Positions 57,697 to 64,000 of a DNA stretch of 64,000 nucleotides are shown in pieces. Made by a program: the position numbers and the translations under genes. Under the pieces are notes generated by a model. The model did not search any database and was not told the DNA's origin. It saw only the letters and a list, made by a program, of their open reading frames with translations. Origin of the DNA: an uncultured Bacteroidaceae bacterium (GTDB lineage: Bacteria > Bacteroidota > Bacteroidia > Bacteroidales > Bacteroidaceae); assembly GCA_904502235.1 (NCBI GenBank), contig CAJGDP010000006.1, positions 2,955-66,954 on the forward strand, in the 5' to 3' direction. Each line of letters opens with the position of its first letter. Positions within the stretch are counted from its first letter, which is position 1.

Positions 57697-58788
57697 ATGA
57701 AAAGGTTGTTCTTATTGTTGCTTATGGCATTTCCGTTCGTCGCATCGGCACAGCACGACGATATCTATTTTGTTCCTAAAAAGGGCACAAAAGCTGTTGT
57801 CGTGAAGTACGTTGATGAATATGACGAATACGATGAATATGATGATGAATGGTACGACGAGGATGAGAATGTCTGCTATACAAACGATCTGTATGATTTA
57901 TATGACGAGGATTATCGTTATTCCAGAAGAATCGTACGTTTCCGCAATCCGCACAGCAATGTAAGCAGTCCGCTATATTGGGACCTGATGTATGGTTGCG
58001 GTGTGAACGACTGGATGGTCTACGACGACGGATATTACCTAAACATATATCCTACATATACCAATCCGTTGTATTATTGCTCGGGAACATCGTACAATTA
58101 TTGGAGATGGAATACATGGCATTACCCTTACAATTATCTGAATTATGGTCATTGGGGATATCACCATCACTATCCTTCGTATCATTGGCATGGATATTAC
58201 CCTCATCATATGCATGGCGGTTATCATCCTTCCTATATCGCAGGCAGTTCGTGGCGTCCAGCACACAAGATACACAAGGGCATTCCTGTGAATGGTGCGG
58301 GTAAAGGACACAATATTGCAGGAAGACCTGCCGGCAACCGTCACACTGTACACACAACAGACCGTGTGGGCACGAACAGACCTACAGACAGAGTGAGTGC
58401 TGCAAACCGACGTAATGATGCGCGTACTGTCAACGTGGTACGTGGCGAGAACCCGCAGCGTAACCAGCAGGCCCGTCGTCCGTCTGCACAATCTTCAACA
58501 AACAGAAGCGGAAATGGCAAAAGCACGGGAACACAGGTGCGTACAAATAGCGGAAGCAGGAGTAAATCATCTTCTTCAAGCGGCAGAAGTTCTTACCGTA
58601 GCAGAAGTTCCTCTTCTTCGGGTGAGTACAACCGTCCGAGCAGTACAAGCGTTTCGCGTGAGCGCAACTCTTCATCGGGCAGCTTCAGAAGCGGCAGCTC
58701 ATATTCCGGTTACGGAGGCGGTTCCGGTTCAAGAAGCGGTTCCGGCGGTTCCTCTTCCGGCTCAAGAGGCGGTGCTTCAAGACGCTGA
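57697..58788 (+). CDS. Secreted low-complexity protein: acidic DEY block, Tyr/His/Trp block, Arg/Ser/Gly tail
   Basis: Signal peptide MKRLFLLLLMAFPFVASAQ, then DEYDEYDEYDDEWYDEDE..., then ...GHWGYHHHYPSYHWHGYYPHHMHGGYHPSY, then a ~160-aa R/S/G/N-rich tail ending ...GSGGSSSGSRGGASRR. Confidence 0.7.
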   Translation: MKRLFLLLLMAFPFVASAQHDDIYFVPKKGTKAVVVKYVDEYDEYDEYDDEWYDEDENVCYTNDLYDLYDEDYRYSRRIVRFRNPHSNVSSPLYWDLMYGCGVNDWMVYDDGYYLNIYPTYTNPLYYCSGTSYNYWRWNTWHYPYNYLNYGHWGYHHHYPSYHWHGYYPHHMHGGYHPSYIAGSSWRPAHKIHKGIPVNGAGKGHNIAGRPAGNRHTVHTTDRVGTNRPTDRVSAANRRNDARTVNVVRGENPQRNQQARRPSAQSSTNRSGNGKSTGTQVRTNSGSRSKSSSSSGRSSYRSRSSSSSGEYNRPSSTSVSRERNSSSGSFRSGSSYSGYGGGSGSRSGSGGSSSGSRGGASRR

Positions 58789-58814
58789 CAATAATTAGGG
58801 CATAATCTATTACT

Positions 58815-60326
58815 ATGAAAAACACAATACTTATGAAACGGGCAATATATATGCTTTTTGTGATTCTGCCGTTTGCGGTAAATTCACAGAATATGTATAA
58901 CATTACTGATCTGTTCGATGACGCACCTTCGGGTACGGCGCGATTCATGTCAATGGGCGGTTCTATGTCGGCACTTGGCGGAGACTTGTCGGTTATGGGT
59001 ACAAACCCGGCAGGAACGGCTGTATATCGCTCAAACGATATAAATCTGACAGGTATTTTCGATATTGTGAACAACAGTGCCAAATATGAAAAGAGTGTTT
59101 CTCCATCGGGTTATAATGGTGCGGCTCTTGGTAATCTAGGCTTTGTAGTCGCTTGCGAAATTGAGGATTCCTACTTGCGCTTCCTGAACTTTGGTGTAAA
59201 CTACCGCAGAAAGAACAATTTCCGTAACAACTTTGCGATGGAGGGTCCGTCGGGTGCTTTTTCGCAGCAATATGTGTTTGACTATCTGTATAGCCTGAAT
59301 CCATTCGATCCCACAAAGATAAATTCGGGAATGTATAGCGGATTTGACTACAACTGGCTTGCATTGCTTGCGCATAATACCTATGTGTTTGATGAAGAGG
59401 GTTACTTCTATACTCCTGCCAAGCTTGGCTATAGCAGTGTGGTGCGCGGTGGCTTGAATATGTGCGATTTCAATCTCTCTGCCAATATTGATGACAGGGT
59501 GTATATAGGTGCATCTTTGGGATATTACAATCTTGACTATTCGCGCAGTTCATATTATTACGAGGATGATGAATTCGACAAGAGAATATATTCCTTGAAT
59601 AATGAATACAGAATCAGCGGTGCAGGATACGATTTCAAATTGGGCTTGATAGTACGTCCGTTCGAGTATTCGCCTTTCAAGATTTCCGCGTTTGCGCATA
59701 CTCCTGTAATGTATAGATTCATGGATAGATCTTCGGCATATATGACAGGGCCGGAAGGTCATGTCTTTGATACGGCACATGAGGATTGTTACGGTGATGA
59801 TGTGTATGTAACCTATCGTCTGAATACTCCATGGAAATTCGGTGCCGGTGCTTCATATACATTCGGCAGATATCTTGCTTTGAATGCCGAGTATGAATAC
59901 AGCAATGTTGCAGGAACGTCCTTTACTAATGGCGAAGGTATTGACATTGCGCAGAACGAGGAGATTTCGTACAATCTTAAGGCACAGCATAAGGTGCGTA
60001 TCGGTGCAGAGGTGCCTTTGAAGAAATTCGCGTTACGTGCAGGATATAACTATATATCTTCACCGTTTACTGCCGATGCTTACAAATGTATGAGCAATGC
60101 TACTGTAGTTGATACATCAACCGAGTATATGAACAAGTATTCAAAGAATGTCTTTACATTCGGTCTGGGATATACGAGCAAACTCCTCTACATTGATTTT
60201 GCATATATGTGCCAGAAGCAGAAAAGCGATTTCTATCCTTTCTATGACGAGGATTATGTGAATCCGTCGGCTGCGGTGTCAACAACCAGTCATTCAATTG
60301 TGGCTGCCGTGGGTATACGTTTCTGA
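58815..60326 (+). CDS. Outer-membrane beta-barrel, FadL/PorV-like
   Basis: Signal peptide. The N-terminal hatch-like motif is GTARFMSMGGSMSALGGDLSVMGTNPAGTAVY. The terminal strand is aromatic (...VAAVGIRF). It starts 26 nt after the low-complexity gene. An alternative ATG lies at 58833. Confidence 0.65.
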   Translation: MKNTILMKRAIYMLFVILPFAVNSQNMYNITDLFDDAPSGTARFMSMGGSMSALGGDLSVMGTNPAGTAVYRSNDINLTGIFDIVNNSAKYEKSVSPSGYNGAALGNLGFVVACEIEDSYLRFLNFGVNYRRKNNFRNNFAMEGPSGAFSQQYVFDYLYSLNPFDPTKINSGMYSGFDYNWLALLAHNTYVFDEEGYFYTPAKLGYSSVVRGGLNMCDFNLSANIDDRVYIGASLGYYNLDYSRSSYYYEDDEFDKRIYSLNNEYRISGAGYDFKLGLIVRPFEYSPFKISAFAHTPVMYRFMDRSSAYMTGPEGHVFDTAHEDCYGDDVYVTYRLNTPWKFGAGASYTFGRYLALNAEYEYSNVAGTSFTNGEGIDIAQNEEISYNLKAQHKVRIGAEVPLKKFALRAGYNYISSPFTADAYKCMSNATVVDTSTEYMNKYSKNVFTFGLGYTSKLLYIDFAYMCQKQKSDFYPFYDEDYVNPSAAVSTTSHSIVAAVGIRF

Positions 60327-60342
60327 TAAGTTATGCAGGTGT

Positions 60343-61401
60343 TCATTTCCTGCGCAGGAAGTTGAAGCCGGCATAGATTTTGAGATATCCGAATCCGTTC
60401 TGTACGGAGAGCGAAGGCTGGGTGTATGAATAGGTATGTGAAACCAACGATGCGCCTGCGAAGTATCTGCCGTTGTTATATACCAGCGCCAGACGCGAGA
60501 TAAGGTCGAAGTTGATACTTGATACAAACTCCTTGCTGTTGCTTATATTGAGCTTCAGCGAGGTGTTTTTGTAACTTATGGCTGGTGATACCGAAATGTT
60601 GGCAAGGAAATTCTTTGCAAATACCCAGTTGTAACTGTATCCCAGATTTATGCTGATATCCCTATAGTCAACACACTTGAACTGCAGTTCGCTTTTCATC
60701 AGTTTCTCTATTGCCGGGTCTATTCTTGTGTGGTCGAAATCGAATTTCTGCTCATTGTAACTTAATCCCAGGATTAGCGAACCTGCGTTTCGGCGCTGGT
60801 TGGTTGATTGGCTGAATGCCGCAGGGAACGAGAATTTCTTGTAGTTGAAAACGTAGAACAGGTTCGCACCCATCTGAGACGTGCTCAGTCCGTCGAAATC
60901 CCTCTTGTAGTTTACAAGTGGCAAATCGTTCTCAATGAATCCTTGCAGGTTTCGTATCTTGAAGCCGTCGCTGCGTTTGCGGTAGAAGAGTTCCAGGCCC
61001 AGTCTTGAACAGTATAGGTTAAGGTCCATGTCGAATTCCGGCTGGCTCTTGTTTAATGCGAAACTGTATCCGAAGAAGAGCCAACGCCATCCGAAGTGCA
61101 GACCAATCTTGTCGTTCGATGACGGGGCAATGGTTATGCTCTGTGATTTGTCTTTGGTGGAGAAACGGTAGTAGTCGTAACCGTGTGTGTATTGTGGCAT
61201 CACGGTAAAGTTGTATCTGTTCGGGGCAACATACAGTGTATCCTGTTGCAGTTGTCTGTCCACAAAGTTCACTACCTTCCAGAAGAAGTTCTCTTTTCTT
61301 GCGCTCTGTGATAGGGAAACTGCAGGAATACAGAGCATCAACAGGAGAAAAAGAACCGCTCTTCTCCCTTTTTGTGTGTTATTATGTATACCCCTTGTCA
61401 T
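60343..61401 (-). CDS. Outer-membrane beta-barrel protein, DUF4421-like (tentative)
   Basis: I take the ATG at 61401: MTRGIHNNTQKGRRAVLFLLLMLCIPAVSLSQ. It is beta-rich with the end ...KIYAGFNFLRRK. The family call is from memory only. Confidence 0.45.
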   Translation of the reverse strand: MTRGIHNNTQKGRRAVLFLLLMLCIPAVSLSQSARKENFFWKVVNFVDRQLQQDTLYVAPNRYNFTVMPQYTHGYDYYRFSTKDKSQSITIAPSSNDKIGLHFGWRWLFFGYSFALNKSQPEFDMDLNLYCSRLGLELFYRKRSDGFKIRNLQGFIENDLPLVNYKRDFDGLSTSQMGANLFYVFNYKKFSFPAAFSQSTNQRRNAGSLILGLSYNEQKFDFDHTRIDPAIEKLMKSELQFKCVDYRDISINLGYSYNWVFAKNFLANISVSPAISYKNTSLKLNISNSKEFVSSINFDLISRLALVYNNGRYFAGASLVSHTYSYTQPSLSVQNGFGYLKIYAGFNFLRRK

Positions 61402-61405
61402 GGAA

Positions 61406-62377
61406 TTACAATATTTTGCCCAGTACCTTGTCCAGAACCCAGTTGGTGGGTGTTGCACTTATGCTGTCGCACTTGCAGTTGCCCTTGCCTTGCAGATGTT
61501 CAACAATGTTTCTTATCAGGGGCAGTTGCACATATGGCGGGTTGGGTATATTGAAATGTTTTGTTCCTTCAGCACTGCGCAACTCAATGGGCTCGAATGT
61601 GAATACCGAGAATTTTATGCTTCCTTTGCTTCCGAAGATTTCGATATGGTCTTCTTTTGACGATTCGTCCGATACAAAGCACCACGAACCTGAACCGGGT
61701 ATGCCTGAATCGAATTTGAAACATGCGCTAACTGTATCTTCCGCCTTATATAGTCCTCCACGGTTGGTGGCATATCCTTCGGCATGCAGTATGCATCCGA
61801 ACATCTCCTGCAATAAATCTATCTGGTGGGGTGCAAGGTCGTAGAAATATCCTCCTCCTGCAATATCGGGCATAACGCGCCATGGAAGGTTCTCGCGATT
61901 GTAGTCGAGGTCGCGCGGAGGCACTGCAAAACGTATCTGCACGTTGAGTACGTTGCCTATCTGGGGAAGCAGTTCCTTAACCTTTATAAAATAGGGGAGA
62001 TAACGTCGGTAGTATGCCACAAAACATGGTACGCCTGTCTCTCGCGATATGCGGTTTATACGGGTGCAGTCTTCGTAGCTTGCGGCAAGCGGTTTCTCTA
62101 CATACACGGGTTTGCCGGCTTTCATTGCCATAATGGCGTATGTGGCATGCGATGATGGTGGGGTGGCGATGTATACGGCATTTACTCCTGGGTCGTCGAT
62201 AAGTGCCTGCGCATCGGTGTACCAGTGTGTTATGTTATGGCGTTTTGCGTAATCCTTGGTTCTCTCCTTGTCGCGTCCCATTACGGCAACCACTTCAGAG
62301 CCTTTTACCAATGGAAATGCCGGACCGCTCTTTTTCTCGGTGGCCTCGCCACAACCGATGAATCCCCATTTTATCAT
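61406..62377 (-). CDS. Gfo/Idh/MocA-family NAD(P)-dependent oxidoreductase
   Basis: N-terminal Rossmann motif IKWGFIGCGEATEKK and the family-typical EKPLA motif (VYVEKPLAAS). Confidence 0.88.
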   Translation of the reverse strand: MIKWGFIGCGEATEKKSGPAFPLVKGSEVVAVMGRDKERTKDYAKRHNITHWYTDAQALIDDPGVNAVYIATPPSSHATYAIMAMKAGKPVYVEKPLAASYEDCTRINRISRETGVPCFVAYYRRYLPYFIKVKELLPQIGNVLNVQIRFAVPPRDLDYNRENLPWRVMPDIAGGGYFYDLAPHQIDLLQEMFGCILHAEGYATNRGGLYKAEDTVSACFKFDSGIPGSGSWCFVSDESSKEDHIEIFGSKGSIKFSVFTFEPIELRSAEGTKHFNIPNPPYVQLPLIRNIVEHLQGKGNCKCDSISATPTNWVLDKVLGKIL

Positions 62378-62392
62378 ACTCTTTTCCTTGTG

Positions 62393-64000
62393 TTAGTTAT
62401 AGAAATTCCACGAAATGCCAAAACAGAATATTGCCGGGCTTATAGGGTAGTGCGGCGCGAGGAAATATTCCCTGTTGCCGAGACCTTTGTTCGCATGGTA
62501 GTATTTGACATAGAATCGTGCCTGTTTCAGCAGGAAGTTCGCATATACACTCGCTACAGGATAGTTGCCTATTGCAATCTTGTTTTCCGGATTCTGCTGT
62601 ACATACTGTCCCAATGCAGGTGAATAGTCGGGCGCATAGTATTTTGTGAAATATCTTGCGTCTGCTCCTATCTCCGTATTCAACACCTTTGCAATCCTGA
62701 ATTTAAGGAATATGTTGGCATATGCGTTTATCATTGGCAATGGCAGAATGTCCTGATTACTGCTGTGCTGATAGGTAACCTGGGTGTTCAGATTGAATAT
62801 TCCGAACTTGAAGTCCTGCTTGAGCGTTGCCGAGAATATCTGTATGTTGGCATTGTCCTGTCGGACATTCAGACGCCAAAGGTATCTGCCGACAGCTCCG
62901 GTTGGCAATGATTCGTTGGCTATGTATGTGTAGTTCTTTACATTCTCTAATCCGGCGTTGAGTCTTGTTCCCCACGAAGGTATCTCAAATGAGGCTTCGA
63001 TGCGTGTCTTGAACTCTTTCTTGAGTTGGTTGTCCCACCAGAAATGCTCGGAATGATAGTGGCGGTAATAGAACGACGGGCGGTTGTTCTTTATGAATGC
63101 ATTTGCTTTCAGCTGCATATCTCTGTTCCATAGTCTGAAGTGGAACTGTGCCTCTCCGTCAAAGGAGAATGCTCCGAACTCTTCGCCTATAAGCGATGCC
63201 TCACCGTTGACGTTGTATTTCAGATGTCTGCCATGTGTGCTTGATATTGAACCTCCCACCTTAAGAATGTGCTCGTTGTATTTTTTCTTGAATTCCTTGC
63301 TTTCGAGAGTAGTATCGGGCAGGGTGTATCTTTCGTATGTGTGTTCTGCAAAAGCTGTGATATCGGCGAATGCATATTTGCTGAATCCTTCGCACAGGGA
63401 GAATGCAATACGGTTCTTGACCTTAAGACTTGTGGTGAAGTCGGTTGAATCGTATGGCAGGAAGTTGTCGGCATAATAGTTGTACATCTGCTGATGGTTT
63501 ATGAAATCATGCTCGTGATATTTTACATCGGCAACATGTGTGATTCTTGCCACGCGTACGAATTCATTTTCCACGGAATCTCTTACAACGCTGTCTGCGT
63601 CGGCCACCATCTTTTCGCGATAGAATCCCATGTTGTAACCCTGTGTAAAGAAAAGGTCGTATGTGGTGTTCCTGTTCCATGTTGAATAAAGGTATACCGG
63701 AATGTCCGACGGGGTGAAGTTGCTGTTCATACCATCGGTCTCTTCGGGACGTGTGATGTAACGGTCGTCTGTTATACCTCCATTCTCTGCCTGTTTCATG
63801 CGGTAGTGCGATACAAGCAGATTGTAATCATAGTGGTCGTTCTTGTAATATGAGAACAGCGAGAAATTTGTCAGCGATGTGGCCTGTTTGTCGTATCGTC
63901 CGCGTGCGTAAAGGTAGTCGATAAGGAAACCTATTCCGAAGTGTTTGCCGGCATTTGTAGAGAAATATGCTCTCACGCGGTCGTCGCCAGTCTGTCTGTT
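62393..64000 (-). CDS. Large outer-membrane beta-barrel (putative-porin-like); N-terminus lies beyond the window
   Basis: The frame stays open to position 64000. The sequence is Tyr/Asn/Phe-rich with alternating beta character, and the C-terminus is aromatic (...FGISWNFYN). Confidence 0.5.
   Translation of the reverse strand, partial: NRQTGDDRVRAYFSTNAGKHFGIGFLIDYLYARGRYDKQATSLTNFSLFSYYKNDHYDYNLLVSHYRMKQAENGGITDDRYITRPEETDGMNSNFTPSDIPVYLYSTWNRNTTYDLFFTQGYNMGFYREKMVADADSVVRDSVENEFVRVARITHVADVKYHEHDFINHQQMYNYYADNFLPYDSTDFTTSLKVKNRIAFSLCEGFSKYAFADITAFAEHTYERYTLPDTTLESKEFKKKYNEHILKVGGSISSTHGRHLKYNVNGEASLIGEEFGAFSFDGEAQFHFRLWNRDMQLKANAFIKNNRPSFYYRHYHSEHFWWDNQLKKEFKTRIEASFEIPSWGTRLNAGLENVKNYTYIANESLPTGAVGRYLWRLNVRQDNANIQIFSATLKQDFKFGIFNLNTQVTYQHSSNQDILPLPMINAYANIFLKFRIAKVLNTEIGADARYFTKYYAPDYSPALGQYVQQNPENKIAIGNYPVASVYANFLLKQARFYVKYYHANKGLGNREYFLAPHYPISPAIFCFGISWNFYN

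Noticed and set aside
58397-58798. A 133-aa alternative-frame ORF, and minus-strand ORFs (58039-58491, 58685-59083), over the low-complexity gene
   Set aside because: Repetitive AGC/GGC/CGT-rich DNA stays open in several frames. Only the 57697 frame has a signal peptide, a promoter-like box and a sensible stop before the next gene.

Overview
This 64-kb chromosomal segment reads like a T9SS-bearing Bacteroidales genome, probably Prevotella-like. That placement is an inference from gene content, TAnnTTTG-type -7 promoter boxes and Por-type C-terminal sorting domains. I can support about 50 protein-coding genes. I found no rRNA, tRNA, CRISPR array, transposase or integrase. Gene order: (1) two T9SS cargo proteins; (2) a ~550-nt ORF-free, hairpin- and repeat-rich spacer; (3) an envelope cluster of coaX, a FadL-like barrel, a TPR protein, an LptC-like protein and a CNNM-CBS (GldE-like) protein, followed by ppiD; (4) a DUF4105 plus alkaline-phosphatase-family pair; (5) an alanine:cation symporter; (6) a TetR-TolC-MFP-RND-PG0541-like efflux operon; (7) secA with a tightly linked acidic 144-aa ORF; (8) a GH110-like alpha-galactosidase; (9) an unusually long RluA-type pseudouridine synthase; (10) a 1667-aa T9SS-targeted chimeric glycosidase (GH123-like plus GH33 sialidase); (11) a TPP-riboswitch-controlled thiamine uptake/salvage operon (TBDT-PnuT-TPK); (12) DUF3332, meaB, and porQ-cmk-ispH-pfkA; (13) tonB; (14) a translationally coupled string of polyprenyl synthase, an unknown ORF, TatD, DAHP synthase-chorismate mutase, an ABC binding protein and a permease, which ends without an ATPase at an AT-rich islet carrying a T5orf172 (GIY-YIG-like) gene; (15) ilvDBNC; (16) a secreted tripartite low-complexity protein paired with a FadL/PorV-like barrel; (17) further outer-membrane barrels around a Gfo/Idh/MocA oxidoreductase. 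The items most worth a second look are the chimeric sialidase/GH123-like exoenzyme and its T12 leader tract, the acidic / Tyr-His-Trp / Arg-Ser-Gly secreted protein with its barrel partner, the structured non-coding spacer with a related copy 32 kb away, the T5orf172 islet replacing the expected ABC ATPase, the ~335-aa Cys-containing N-terminal extension on RluA, and the acidic ORF coupled to secA. All family names come from motif recognition by eye. None has been confirmed by a search.
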